DNA of 64,000 bases, from contig OX597823.1 in the NCBI GenBank assembly GCA_951406725.2, positions 65,224,001 through 65,288,000 of the forward strand. Direction: 5' to 3'. The stretch is from Octopus vulgaris. Its lineage: Eukaryota. Shown here one piece after another: positions 14,577 to 27,880 of the stretch. The translations under genes were made by a program, and so were the position numbers. Under the pieces are notes generated by a model. It was not told where the DNA came from, searched no databases, and saw only the letters and a list, made by a program, of their open reading frames with translations. Within the stretch, counting starts at the first letter, position 1. Each line of letters opens with the position of its first letter.

Positions 14577-14941
14577 CCGCGCTTGCTACCTTTGCTAATC
14601 CTGAATTGTTACTCGTGACTAAGTACGCATAGAGACATTTGACTAAACACATTCCATAACCAACCAATCCTGAAATTATGGGTTTGAGAAACTGGTAGTG
14701 TCTAAGACTATAACCAGAACTCTCTGCCTCACTACACGTTTCTATTTTTTAGTAAATCAAGTCAATCAGTATCATTCAGCGGAATTTGGTTGCAGGTGTG
14801 GCGAGACTGTAAAATGCCTCTGAAAATGGCGCTACGATTCGGGTTTTCAGTAGCCGAATCTTTAAGTAGTTTGTTCGTTTTCCATGCAAATATTACAACA
14901 TGCAAACATCATTTTCTGAATTTTCATTACTTCCTCTCCAG

Positions 14942-15222
14942 CTGTACGTCAGCAGTAAAAGACTGAAAAATCTATTGTCGCCGCTTCAAGACTTCCCTGG
15001 TGATTTGATGGCGAAATATAGTACCTTGCCACCAATTGGTCAAAACAGAGAAACTAACCAATTAAGTACGAAAAGTTACACAAAATCTGAAACATTACTT
15101 TGGAAAAAACCAGTGATGCCGGCTTGTTTGGAACTGCCAGTATCAATTTCTGCCCGGACATTAAGCCCTGAAGGGTACGAAATTCTTTATCAGAAAGATT
15201 ACCGAAGATTTTTGATAAACAA
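14942..15222 (+). CDS. CFAP65: Internal coding exon (phase 0-2) of a CFAP65-like gene
   Basis: Pyrimidine tract ttcattacttcctctccag| and donor aa|gtaagt. Encodes LYVSSKRLKNLL...KYSTLPPIGQN...LWKKPVMPACLELPVSISARTLS...RRFLIN, matching recalled CFAP65 motifs KYKTLPPI and WPxPxPP..L.L.LTARA. Phase matches the previous exon. Confidence 0.85.
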
Positions 15223-15262
15223 GTAAGTAAAATGGAAATTTCGATTATCATTTCTTATATCG

Positions 15263-15609
15263 GAGATGTACTTGCATAGCAAGTGACCTGATCTGAGATC
15301 GTGTGCTGGAACGAAAACATTTGCAGCGTGGAAGGTGTTTATAAGCCATTTAAGAAACACACAAAAACCGTTAGATTCACTTCAACATTTAAATGTAATT
15401 AGTCAAAATATTTTCGTCGCTTTGAGACCGCGACCTGTTCACTGACAAAACTGGCACATAGAACAGCAGCACGGAGTTTCGTCAGTGAACAGATCGTGGT
15501 CTCAAAGCGACGAAAATATTTTGACAAATTATATTTAAATGTTGAAGTGAATCTAACGGTTTTTGTGTGTTTCGCAAATGGCTTATAAACACCTTCCACG
15601 CTGCAATTG
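15263..15609. mobile_element. Short fold-back insertion with 13-bp TSD
   Basis: TSD atttcttatatcg at 15250-15262 and 15610-15622. Inverted arms at 15321-15452 and 15475-15606 with a loop of about 22 nt. Confidence 0.8.
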
Positions 15610-16268
15610 ATTTCTTATATCGTGTAACTGGAAACAATAGTTATTGGTGATAGATTTACAATGGAATAATCTCAGGTGAAGACCATATTCAAACAGTCCT
15701 CATTTATGAGATTGTGCGATTACGTAGCATATATCACGTTTTCTCTAATTGTTTAAGGTGCCTTATGTAGTCGCGAGCTGATGTAGACATTGTCTTCGCC
15801 CGTCTCTCAATCTACCCATGGTAGTATCTATGACGTGATAGTTAGAACAAGCGGGAAGCGATTTATTGTGGCCACATAGAATGGCATTACGGAAGAGCTA
15901 CGTACCTTACACAAGGACAAACGCGCTGTCACAAAATTGAATATATGTACATGTGATCCTGGGATGATTAAGTAAAGTACTAGGCGGCGCACCTTCCCAA
16001 AAATTAGTTTTCCGATTATAATAAGAAAAACAGGGCTTCAGAATTTATACTACATTGAATCGGTATATGGATGCATTTATATATAAAATCAGATTATAGC
16101 GTATACGAGGTATTTGCGAAAGATGGACAGCAATGTACTGAAGATTTAGGAGTGTGTAGCTTCTCTGGAATACAGGCGCAAAACGTTTTCTCCAAAAGAG
16201 AGTAATATACTCGCATGAGTGTGTGCACGTGTGCATGATATTATCATTAACTTTTCCATCAATATCAC

Positions 16269-16328
<60 letters not shown>

Positions 16329-16819
16329 CACCATCATCATCATCATAATCATCATCAACATCATCATCATCGTCATTATTATACATTTGACTTTATATTA
16401 TATATTATTATATATTTGACTTGAGGTCACCCAGAGACATCAAGATACAAGTTAGAAGTTCATCTTGGTGTTACGGCTAGGATGCCATATATTTGGTTTT
16501 GTACATAGTGTCGTTGTAGAGAATGTTTAAGAAACCACAAGAAAATTATGTGTTTGTTTTAAAATTTGAGATTGCATTGACAGTATTTTACGTAGGATAT
16601 GGGCAATTCCCATGAGCATTATCTTTTGAATTTCTGCCATTTGGGGGTTTCCTCATATCTGAGCCAGGTAGCAATCAGCCCCTTTTGCTATCATTCCTGG
16701 GTAGCGATGATTAAGCTTCCAGTCTTTATTATTATTATAATAATTGTTGTTGCTGTTATTGTTATTTTTTTTGATGTTGTTGTTGCGCTTCTTTTACTTC
16801 TTCTTTTGCTTCTTGTAAA

Positions 16820-17240
16820 GCAGTGAGCTGGCAGATTTGTTAGCACGCAGGGAAAAATGCTTAGTTGCATTTCGTCCGTCTGAGTTTAAATTCCTCCGAG
16901 ATTGACTTTGCTTTTCATCCGTTCGAGGTCGATGACATAGGTACCTGTTGAGCACTGGGGCCGAAAAAAAAAAAGCCTGCTGGCGTTCTACCCAAATTTT
17001 AAACCATAATTATTATTATTATAAGGCAGCAAGCTGTCTGGACCGTTAGCACGCTGGAGTAGTTGCTTTGCAGCAATTTGTCCTTCTTCACGTTCTCAGC
17101 TCAAATCTCGCCGAGGTCCACTTTGCCTTTCATCCTTCCAGTGTCGAAGAGATAAGTACCAGTTGACCATTGGATGCGATGTAAATGACTTTACAACCTC
17201 TCCCAAAACTGGTGACCTCATGCCAAAATTTGGAACCATT
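16820..17240 (+). mobile_element. Two diverged family A SINE copies in tandem
   Basis: gcagtgagctggcaga..gttagcacgc.. at about 16820 and ggcagcaagctg..gttagcacgc..ctttgcctttcatcc at about 17025. Confidence 0.7.
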
Positions 17241-17761
17241 ATTATTGTCTTTTTCTCAGTGTTGAATACAGACATGTATTAGAATTTTGTAGAATCTGGT
17301 ATAATTCTGTTTCAGAACCATTGATGAATGAGCTTTTTTTCATAGCTTAAACTTTGATGAAATAATACGGTTTGTCGAACTCCAGTTACACGCAAACACA
17401 CACACACACACATACACGCATATACATACATACATAATTTATATATATACATAATTTACATACATAATTTATATAAGGGTAGAAATTGATATTAATAAAT
17501 TAAAACCAGTGGCTTGGCATATTTAAAAAATCCGAAGATTAAAAATTGTGTTACATGCATAATTTAGAGGACTGACCACGAAAGTGTACAAACTATAGGC
17601 TAAACATAGACGTCAAATTGCCATTACCAAGAAGAATGTATTCCCAAGAAAAATCTCAGCAAAAACCCCAAATTTAAAAATAAGCAAGACAAATGAAAAT
17701 ATACGAAATTAAAAACGATTACCTATGTACCATTGGTTTCACTTGTTAATATTTACGTATT

Positions 17762-17810
<49 letters not shown>

Positions 17811-18126
17811 GGGGAGATACTGTTAAAGAAAGGGGAAGTTGTTAAATAATACAGATAATTACATATGGTATATTTTAGCTGTAATTTCATTCTGGCATTA
17901 ATTGTGCAAATTGCAAATTGAAGCCAAATATTTGGAAGGAAAAAGGAAATAGAATAGTTTTGGTCTATTCTTTCTACTCCGATAACTATGCCGCGATTTG
18001 GATTGTTTCCAGTGTTAAGATATGAATGTACTCATGGCGTTTCTTTTGTTAATATAATGTTTGTGTGGATATTCTGTACTGTTGTAATTATTGAAGTCTT
18101 AATATGAGAGAGAGAGATAGTTAGAG

Positions 18127-18158
<32 letters not shown>

Positions 18159-20054
18159 AGGAAATAAATAATGAAAAATGAGGTCTAACGACGTTTCAAG
18201 CTTTGGATACAAACAAAATAGCCCGTCTATACTAGTAGAAAATCAGAAAATAGTGGATAGCTTTGATTCCCTGTTGAGTTATATTGTGTAAATTTTGTTC
18301 CATAAATAATATTTAAATGAATTTACACACATAAACGCAGAAACATCTCTACACATTCAAACACACACGTATGTGTTTGCGTGTGAGTGTGTGTGTGTGT
18401 GTGTGAGTGTGTGTGTATGTATGTGCCTGTGTATCTATAATGCACATAGCTACAGGCGAAAGTTCCAACTGAACTCAACGCCGAAAGACGAGAGTTGTTT
18501 ACGGTTATTGCAGCTGGCACCACGCATCTAGCTATTTGAATGTTACATTGTACGTTATAAGACTGGCTGATTTGAATATTTAGATGCCTTTGATATCTAA
18601 CCGGTTGCAATAACAATTACATATCAATCATATATCATCATCATAATGTCCGTTGTCCATGATGGCATGGATTGCACTGTTTGACCAGAGCTGGCAAGCT
18701 GGGGAGCTGCACGAAAATCCAGTCTGATTTGGCATGGTTTCTAGGACTGGATGCCCTTCCTAACGCCAACCACTTTACAGAGTGTGCTGGTTGCTTTTAC
18801 GTGGCACCGCACTGGCGCTTTTACGTCGCGCCGCACAAGCACTTTTACGTGTGTCTCGACGCAGTCAAAGTTACAAATAATAACGTAAATGTTGAGGTAA
18901 AATCTTTTGCATACAAAAAGTAAAGGCTGCGCGTGGGATACGAATCCACATCTTTTGTACACATCACAGGCTTTCTAATGATGGACGGGAGCAATTGTTG
19001 AGATGTCTGAGATTTTATTTCAGAAAATTTGGAAACTCTATTTAGAAACTTATCCTTACCAATCAGAAATGTATGTTATTGATGTCATATGAATTTTAAA
19101 ACATTGAGATAATGTGGAATAATTATCTTTGGAAAAGTGGATCTCGAAGCGGATAAAGCTATACATATTAGCGTGTAAATATCACATCTGAATAGAAAAT
19201 GCTGGGGCCGGTAATCTTTCAAATTTCGGTATCTATTTTAGAAAGATTATTCTTACCAGTGAGAATTGCGCGCAGTTGACTTAATATTTACACGCTATTA
19301 CTTATATCTTTATATGCTTCGAGATCCACTCTTCCAAATGAGAATCATTTCATGCTCTCTCGAAGTTAGTAAATTCTCATGATGCCAACAACATATAACT
19401 GCCACTGGTAAGAATATAGTTCTTAAACTGAATGGAAAAAATTCGAAACCTTTCTCTGGTTTGGTAGTAGAATCTTGTCCCACGAGTAGCCTTTGACCTT
19501 TTCTATCAGAAGGTTCATAACGCAATTTTTATGCACTATTATTTATAGTTTTATGTGCTTCGAGACCCACTGTTCTGTAAAGAGTTATTTCACAGACCCT
19601 CGCTTATAAATTCAATATATGTATATTCGTGCATGTGTTTGTGTGCATAAGTAAATTATTGTAGTCTCAGTTGTTGCAGGAGCATATATTTATATCTGTT
19701 TGTGTATGCATGCACGTTCGTCAGTTGAGTCGCTGGAAAATGTATAATTATGAAACTCTAATATGTACCGAAAACATAATATAAACACATGCGCACTTAG
19801 TTCCATCTTTATACATCAAGAATTCAAATCGAATGCCCTCTCCGTGTATAAATTCTTATACACTATAAAAATATTTATGTTTTCTGACTTCTATTATGCA
19901 TGCTGGTATAAATTATTTACTTAATATTTTTTACTCCTTGTATATATATATATATATAAACATAGTAAATAGGGTTATAAAAATTAATTATTATTACCAG
20001 TGACCTAGCACAAAAGACGAATTAGTCATTAGACTATATGTTATTCATATATAA

Positions 20055-20201
20055 ATACATTAAAAGGCTTCCAAATAAAGAAGTGACTGCTAGATACACA
20101 AAAAGTTGATAAACGTTTTTGATTTTCATTCCATTTCATGAATTTATCCCCTTTTTGTGTATCTAGCACTCGCTTCTTTATTTGGAAGCCTTTTAATGTA
20201 T
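20055..20201. repeat. Inverted repeat with about 55-bp arms
   Basis: atacattaaaaggcttccaaataaagaag..gctagatacacaaaaag pairs with ctttttgtgtatctagc..cttctttatttggaagccttttaatgtat. Confidence 0.85.
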
Positions 20202-20209
20202 ATATATAT

Positions 20210-21165
20210 AACGGGAAGCTTTATGAAAATAGACAAAAGACGAAGGCAGGTTTACGGAAATAAACAAAAGACGAAGGCAGGTGGAATACAAACAAACAAT
20301 TGTATTAGTATGGCGCTCAGGAAATATAAATAAAACAAGTCTTTAACGTTTCGAGCCTACGCTCTTCAACAGAAAGATACACAGAGAAAAAACACAGAAA
20401 GAAGGAGAGAAAAAAATATGCGTGCAGAGGCTAGCGAATCAACATGGCGATCTGATTTCGGCCAGAAGTCAAAGATCAAACGTGAGACGCAAGAGCGAAA
20501 TTAGGGGAGATAATAGGGTTGAATGACCTCGCTCCAACATAAGAGTGTGTGTGTGTGTGTATGAGAAGAGTGTGTGTGTGTGTATGAGAGAGTATTAGTG
20601 CGTATGAGAGGTATGGACGTGTGTATGTATATATGATGTGATGTGTAAAGTCGTATGGTGTAGTGTAGAGAGAGGAGATGAGGGAAGAGGGGGGAGGTAA
20701 GGGGGTGAGGGGGGAGAAGAGGGGAGAATGAAAGGGGAGAAGAGGAGGGGGAAGGGGAGAAGGACGGAGAGGAGAAGAGGAGGGGAGAGAAGGGGAGAGA
20801 AGGGGGAGAAGGAAGGAGAGGAGAAGAGGAGGGGAGAGACGGGGAGAAGGAAGGAGAGGAGAAGAGGAGGGGAGGGGAGGAGGGAGGAGAGAGGGGGAGA
20901 GAGAGAGAAGGGGAGTGAGGGAGCAGAGAGAAAGAGGGAAGGGGAAGAGGGAAGAAGGAGAGAGGGAGAAAGAGGGAAGAAGGGAAGCGGAGTAGGGGTG
21001 AAAGGATGAAGGATTGAAGAGAAGTAGGGGTCGGGGGGAGGTTAGATGAGGAGGGGGAGAGGGGGTTAGATGAGGAGGGGGAGAGTTGAGACCAAATGGC
21101 GTATAAGAGCGAAGAGAGAAGATTAATTCCTGTTCACGGCGCAAACGGGAATCCGGATGGCCTCT
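20210..21165 (-). mobile_element. Penelope-like element 3' end: GIY-YIG C-terminal tail, polypyrimidine tract and pLTR
   Basis: RLRREQELIFSLRSYTPFGLN is the typical R..RE...I..L....P.GLN tail of PLE endonucleases. It is followed by a low-complexity tract and a repeat shared with 6925-7115, 7745-7915 and 26465-26652. Confidence 0.7.
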
Positions 21166-21775
21166 GTGTATATATATGTACGTACAAGCAAACATACATA
21201 TATATACATACACACATACACACATACACACACATACGTATATGCAACTAATTACATGGTTGAATATACTATAATTTCTTTAATAGCGTACAAAATAAGT
21301 CACACTAAATGTTATTTCACCACCAATTGGTTGCAAAAGTGATAAAGAAAAAATGTGCTGAACAGTTACGAAAAAAAGAAAAAGACATCGTTGTTGTTCC
21401 TGGAAGGTCATTCTTCTACTCAGATGGTAGTACATTTTCACCCTGTAATTAAGAATCGTTTCTAACATAAGCATAAAAGCTGAAATCTTGGGGATGGTAA
21501 ATGTTCCAACGATACCAGTACTCCATATCACTGCACTCTGAAGTGTGAGAGGCAAAGTTTTATTTAGAATATCCTGTAATTAAGTTGTAATATTATTTTC
21601 AATCACCTGTATTCTATCTTTTCTCTTTTCCTCGTGCCTTTTGCATCCTTTTAGTAACAATGGTACGGTTCTAAACGGTCGATAAGTTATGATTTTGTAT
21701 TAAATAAAGTTCCGTCAAAGTGACTGATTAAAATGTATTTTGTATTTACTTCTGTTTATCTCTCTTCTCTCTAAG

Positions 21776-21904
21776 AACCCATTACATTTCCTCAAAGACA
21801 TCATCGGAAGAAACCAGACGAGATTCGAAGCAAGATGGCTATATCGAGATGTGTCTGCAAATAGAAAAAGAGACAACGTGTAGGATTCTCGTTGATATTT
21901 TAAG
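21776..21904 (+). CDS. CFAP65: Internal coding exon (phase 2-2) of a CFAP65-like gene; below the ORF-track size cutoff
   Basis: Strong acceptor tctcttctctctaag| and donor ag|gtagga flank 129 nt. Open frame (K)THYISSKTSSEETRRDSKQDGYIEMCLQIEKETTCRILVDIL(R) joins both neighbouring exons in frame. Confidence 0.8.
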
Positions 21905-22227
21905 GTAGGATAATTTCCATCGACATTTTTGAAAGTCCATCATTGCAATGTCTTTTATTGAGAAGAAAAATAGTCATGGATTTAGGGTGGTATATTTGCA
22001 TATTCACAAATATTACTTTGTGCGATATACAGTACTTGTGTTAATCTATTCGTATAAGTATTTATTATAAAATTAAATATAAGCGCTTTGAGAAATAACA
22101 TTAATTAATAGTTCCACCAAGTAGGAATTTATCATTATCAACATATATCGTTTCGTTACACACACACCTATGTGTGTGAGCGTATGTACATATTTCTCTC
22201 TGTAAATATTTATATATATACATCTAC

Positions 22228-22264
<37 letters not shown>

Positions 22265-22268
22265 TCCC

Positions 22269-22336
<68 letters not shown>

Positions 22337-22339
22337 TAT

Positions 22340-23681
22340 AATTTAGAGAAAGACCTCTATTAAACAATCCAATAATGAAAGATGTTATTCATAAAATTAG
22401 TTAAGTACAATAAATAGTAAATAGTAGTAAAAAGGCTACGCGCGTTTCGTGGCTATATTTTCAAATAGATAATCATAAATTCGATTCGATTTAAAATTAA
22501 ATCGATCTTAAATTCATTGTATTAAAAAAATATAGTCACTATTCAGCTCTGAAATAAAAAAAATAATAAAAAATAATAGAATAAATGTACATAACTTATA
22601 CCGATTATCAAATAAATATATAAAAATACGTGTATTAACTATAAGGGAACTAAAATCTAAAAATATTAAGTTCAATTTAAATTGGGAGATAGTTTGTACG
22701 GCAAAATCATATTGAATAGGTAGTAATTATTGTTTATTATGTACTAACGAATTTAAGGCGATATTATTAACTAATAATAAAAAATTGATATTTTTCTAGA
22801 CGAACGAAAAATTAAATGTAGTCATAAATTAAATTACTTATATAATCAGTTTAGCTAATTTGTGTATATATAAATCCTGTTTTATTTTACAAATTGTTGT
22901 AGTTATAATTTGTAGTAGTAAAATGTGTATAATTTAGCACGAGATTATATAGTGTATATTACATAATTAGAATAAGATGAAAATTAGATGTTTATAAAAT
23001 AAATAAATAAATTGATGAAAATAGATTAAATTATAGATATTAGCTTAATTTATGTTTACTATATTATGCCTTTTACGTATTTAGTATTAAAATCATTTAG
23101 ACTTTACAATTTTTTCAGTAAATGGCATATTAAAGTTAATTTTTTTCTTATTCTCGCAGCCAAAATGCATTTGTAATTTTAATAGCTTAAATACATATTT
23201 TTATCTATTTCGTCTATAAATTCTATTTATGCCATATTTTCACACGATATATTTTTTATAAACGCGAAATTCTACGTATTACGTTTAAATTTTTGGTTAA
23301 CGAAAATCCTTCGATATGATGAGTTATGTTTTTATTGTAAGAAATTTTGTGAAATGATTTTCGCTTATTTATAGTTAATACACGTCTTTTTATATTTTTA
23401 TTTGATAATCTGTATAAGTTAAGATAAGTACATTTATTCTATTATTTTCTTTATTATTTATCATATTAGACCTGAAGAGTGACTATATTTTTAAAATAGA
23501 ATTAATTTAAGATCAATTTAATTTTAAATCGAATTGATTTTATTATTATAATCTATTTGTAAATTTAGACAGGAAACGCGCGTAGTCTTTTTAAAAATAT
23601 TTACTATTTATTGCACTTTTAGAATAAGATGGTGTGAATAACATCTTTCATAATTGAATTGTTTAATAGATTTTTTTCTTT

Positions 23682-23686
<5 letters not shown>
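22340..23686. mobile_element. Penelope-derived fold-back element with about 320-bp inverted arms, inserted in (TA)n
   Basis: About 22340-22650 is the reverse complement of about 23365-23686. Contains internal peptide LNWEIVCTAKSYxIGSNYCLLCTNEFKAIL (PLE GIY-YIG C-terminus) and a hammerhead-like core in each arm. Confidence 0.7.
23468..23588 (+). ncRNA. Minimal hammerhead ribozyme motif with degenerate stem II
   Basis: agac|CTGAAGA|gtgactatattt...aaatttagacag|GAAAC|gcgc|GTA|gtct. The mirror copy on the minus strand at 22433-22550 has a better stem II but a CTGAATA core. Confidence 0.5.
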
Positions 23687-23726
<40 letters not shown>

Positions 23727-23829
23727 TATATTGTGAAATTTTATTTAAAATTGTTAAATTGAAATTTTCCCTGTAAGTTTTGGAATTATATTCCCTACTA
23801 TTATATATACATGTAGCAGCCCCATGTTC

Positions 23830-24850
23830 TAGTATTAGTGCAACTCACGATACCAAAGTTTGGAAGAAGTCCCTCCAGGATTTTCCAGATGTATATTATG
23901 GCACATTTTTCTCGTCTACGCTCTAAGGAATAGAGTCTTAATCTCTTGGGTCTTTCTCAGTAGCTTATATGCTGAATATAAGCTACTGAATATAAGCGTC
24001 TTCGTGTAGCTTCATTGGATTGCCTCAAATTCTGCAATTAATTTCACACTGGTTGGTGAACATAGCTGGGAGCAATAGTCAAAGTTGCTTCAGACAAGTG
24101 TCCTCCAGAGGACCATCATGGTTTCCCGATCTCTTGTTCTAAAAGTGTTAAGAATCCATCCGGTCAGCCGCCTCCATTTCATTGCCAAATTAGCAACATG
24201 CACATGGAAGGATGCATCATTACTCATGTAGATGCCCAGGTCTCGCACTGACTGTGTCTGGGATTACAATCCCTCCAGGTTCAGTGTTTCAACTGGTATT
24301 GCATTTAGTTTTGCATGCTGATAGTACAAGGCTTGAAACTTTTCAGCATTAAACTGCATGCTATTCTTTTCAGCCCACTTGTATATTTCATCCAACTCAC
24401 ATTGCAGGTGCATAGTGCCTTCAGGTTTCTGTATCACCCGTGAGACTTTTGTGTCATGTGAATAACTTGTGGTCATGGCTCTCTGTGTTGCTAAGGGAAT
24501 ATCTGAGAAGGCCATTATGAACAGTCCTGGTCCCGAACACTATTTGCGTGTTATTGGAGGTGGCCCCACTGGCTACTGCCACCTGACTTCCATCATTCAC
24601 AAAGTCATGCAGCCATTCTCCCAGTTTCCCGAGCTCACGCAGTTTGTGACATATCAATCCATGATCGATTTTATCGAAGGCCTTTGCAAAGTTGAGATAT
24701 ATATCACTTCAACATTTGAGTAGTTGAGCAGCTGTTTCAACACCCAGTCATAATGTTGTAAGAGCTGAGTTAGGCCGCTACTTCCTGGTTGGAAACCTTG
24801 TTGGGTGTCAGTCAGTTATTTTCTTAAAGGAAGGGGATAAGTTTTCATCT
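23830..24850 (-). mobile_element. Decayed CR1-group LINE reverse transcriptase fragment
   Basis: Minus-strand motifs VIYLNFAKAFDKIDH, a YADDT-like SYSHDTKV, LQCELDEIYKWAEKNSMQFNAEK, VRDLGIYM and FDYCSQL. Confidence 0.8.
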
Positions 24851-25024
24851 GACTATGTGATATATTTTATATCATATAGTCAGATGAAAACACACATACA
24901 CACACGTCTTTGTTAGTAAATACGCACTGAAGCTATACAATAGCGTCGTATATGTATGGATTGCTATCTTCCAGTAAATATTGGTGCCTTCTTGTACCAC
25001 TTATCTATTTTTATATGTATAATT

Positions 25025-25180
25025 CTTGACAATCGATGCTGGTGTGTTTATGTCCCCGTAACTTAATGGTTTGCCAAAAGAGACCGATAGAATAAATACT
25101 AGACGTACACGGAATATGTCCTAGGGTCAATGTGTTCGACTAAAGTGGGTGTTCCAGCATGGCCGCAGTCAAACGACTGA

Positions 25181-25185
<5 letters not shown>
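25025..25185 (+). mobile_element. 3' fragment of SINE family B
   Basis: cttgacaatcgatgctggtgtgtttatgtccccgtaactt...ccagcatggccgcagtcaaacgactgaaaca. Confidence 0.7.
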
Positions 25186-25219
<34 letters not shown>

Positions 25220-26265
25220 TACCTATATACATACACAAAAGCCTCAGAATGCGGTCGTAAAAGCTCTTGTACTTCTCATTGTCGACTACCACCTGTCAAT
25301 CTCATCTGCCAGTGTAATCCGACGGACGGTTATACAGGTGGAACTCCTTTCAGCTTAAGATAAATATTATAATGACTATTGATAACATACGGATGAAAAT
25401 TCAAATGCTTTATTAATGCAACGCAACAGGTTCTGCATCCCACAGGCTGATTTGCTAGGATTTTTAAATGTTTATAAGTTATTATTTAAAATCATTCTTA
25501 ATATCTATGAATATGAAGTTTTTGATCTACATTAGAATGTGGATACTTCTTTAGGTGCTGCATTCCTGTTTCTGACGTTCTTCCGCACTGATCTAGAGAT
25601 ATTTACCATTTCACACCAATGAAAACGACGTTCCAATAGATTTTTGGGCGTTACTTGTCATTCGTCACAGTTAATCAAAGATTAAGCAGAATTGAAAGGA
25701 AAAAAATTATCAAAGTTGATCAAAAAGGTCAGACCTCCTCATCAGCTTGTGGGTATTGCTTATGATAGAACAAACATGAAAAAAATATAAAACATAGGGT
25801 CACTTTAACATTATCAATTTAGAATAATATAAAAGGATGATAGAAAGATAAAATTCACATTAAAGGCGGTGTATTATTAAGTGTATTGTATCGTTTATGT
25901 GTTCTTTAGAGGATAGTGCTTTTTCGATTAAATTTTAAGATAATGAAGATCTATTGGCTATTTCCGAGTCCTACAGTGTCATATCCCTAATTTCATTTAT
26001 ATAATCTTACAATGTTAACACATTTCTCGAACATATTTTTAAAATGTTTTTATTCCCATTATAAATTTTGCATGTATACATCACTTAGTGTCAGTTGGAT
26101 TTCTACCTACCAATTTCTTAAAGGCATGTGCTGTGTACTCAGCTTTTGTACCTTCCACATTTACCTATAGCTTTCAAGTTTCGCTATACTTTCTAATACA
26201 CTTCTATTATTTCCAGCTGGGCTTGCTCTCTAATTTGAAATTATATCTATCTATTTGTCTCTCTG

Positions 26266-26337
<72 letters not shown>

Positions 26338-26396
26338 GTCTGTCTATCAGTCTGTCCCCCTCTCTCTCCCTATATATATATATATATGTATGTATG

Positions 26397-26464
<68 letters not shown>

Positions 26465-26466
<2 letters not shown>

Positions 26467-26652
26467 AAGGGAAAGTTTACGAAAATAAACAAAAGACGAA
26501 GGCAGGTGGTGTACAAACAAACAGATGTATTAGTATAGCGCTCAGGAATAGAACAAATCTTTTACGTTTCGAGCCTACGCTCTTCCACAGAAAGATACAC
26601 AGAAAAAAACAAGGAGAGAAAAAAATGTGTGTAGTTGCTAACGATCTATCAT
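26465..26652 (-). repeat. Penelope-like pLTR fragment in (TA)n
   Basis: aaacaaaagacgaaggcaggtgg...acgtttcgagcctacgctcttccacag, matching 20270-20450. Confidence 0.6.
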
Positions 26653-26934
26653 GATCGAGTTCGTTATATCCTCTGTGAATCCATTTTATGTACACACACT
26701 GATCAGTATTAGTGATATATCTGTTACTTTAATTACGATTCTAAATCAACTAGACGAATTGTAATATCTAACTGGTAATTATATTTTATTCAGAACACAT
26801 TACCCGATTAATTGGGCTATTATTTTTATCCGTAATTTTTTCTCTCATTCTCTGTTTCTAAGGATGATAAATGACAGTGAAATAATATATTAAATTACAT
26901 TAATTAAATAGGTTACAATAGTCTGACATGAGTT

Positions 26935-27465
26935 AAGGAAAGGAGGGTGGGCAACCTTGATGGTCCGAACGCTTTGAACACTGTATATTGCTGTGACCCT
27001 GCCTTTTGGAAACGGGACCGAAACTGGCCGACGCGAGGACAGACTTCAATAAATGGTGATCGCCCTTTTCAAAATCTTTTAATGTCTGGTTCTTATCAAC
27101 CCTCTCTATGATGTAAGGCGTATGGTGGAGGTGTTGTCGTGTATAAATCTGTTTGGGATACCGCATGCTTGCGCGTTACCGATCAGTTTATCTTCGACAA
27201 GCACCAACCATGTGGCCAAAACCTTAACCGAAACATTGTAGTCTGCGTTTAGGAGAGTTACGGGTCGAAATATTATATATTTCGTCCTCCTTGTTGGGGT
27301 CTTTTCATAGCAGTACAGCCGCACCACAGCTCACAGCATTCACAAATCTCCCGTTCAGCGTCGAAATGTGATAAACATCCGCCAAGAGATCACAGAATAA
27401 GTCTGCCACATGGAAAAAGAGACCAAGAGCATTATACTGGCAGCGCAAGACCCAGCTTTGTAAAC
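26935..27465 (-). mobile_element. Tx1/L1-group reverse transcriptase fragment (pseudogenic)
   Basis: Minus-strand peptides DLFCDLLADVY..VSCGAAVLLxKDPNK, FRPVTLLNADYNVSVKVLA, AQACGIPNRFIHDN and KDFEKGDH are typical of the L1/Tx1 RT N-terminal domains. Confidence 0.75.
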
Positions 27466-27469
27466 AAAT

Positions 27470-27815
27470 TGGAGGGTCAGCCTCTAAAATAGAGAGGACA
27501 AAACTATTGCCCATATTACGAACGAATGCCCTAGACTTGTAAAATAATGGAGGTGAAGATAGCCCCAATAATTGCTGTGTCCAAGCTTAGGTCACGAACT
27601 GGAGATTCAACTTTCAGAATGAGCAAGTGTCTCCACTGGAATAGAGTGCCCAATAGAACTGTAACAAATGGTTTGCCTCCTTGGCACGGCCAGAATAATC
27701 AGGAAATTATTAGATAGCTGAAGAGAGCGAATAGCATGGTGCCGTAGGCTGCAAGTAGTAAGCACGCTACATAGGCAAGACTCCAGGAACTCCAACAAAA
27801 CCTCTGATAAGGACA
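27470..27815 (+). mobile_element. 3' fragment of the same R4/Dong-like LINE family, ending in (TAA)n
   Basis: HITNECPRL and LLGTARIIRKLLD remnants. The 3' UTR resembles 34290-34365 and is followed by (AAT)n. Confidence 0.7.
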
Positions 27816-27823
27816 TAATGATG

Positions 27824-27879
<56 letters not shown>

Positions 27880-27880
<1 letters not shown>

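Noticed and set aside
20476-21231. 251-aa Pro/Ser/Leu-rich ORF
   Set aside because: It is the translation of a polypurine/polypyrimidine tract. Only the short GIY-YIG tail motif is meaningful.
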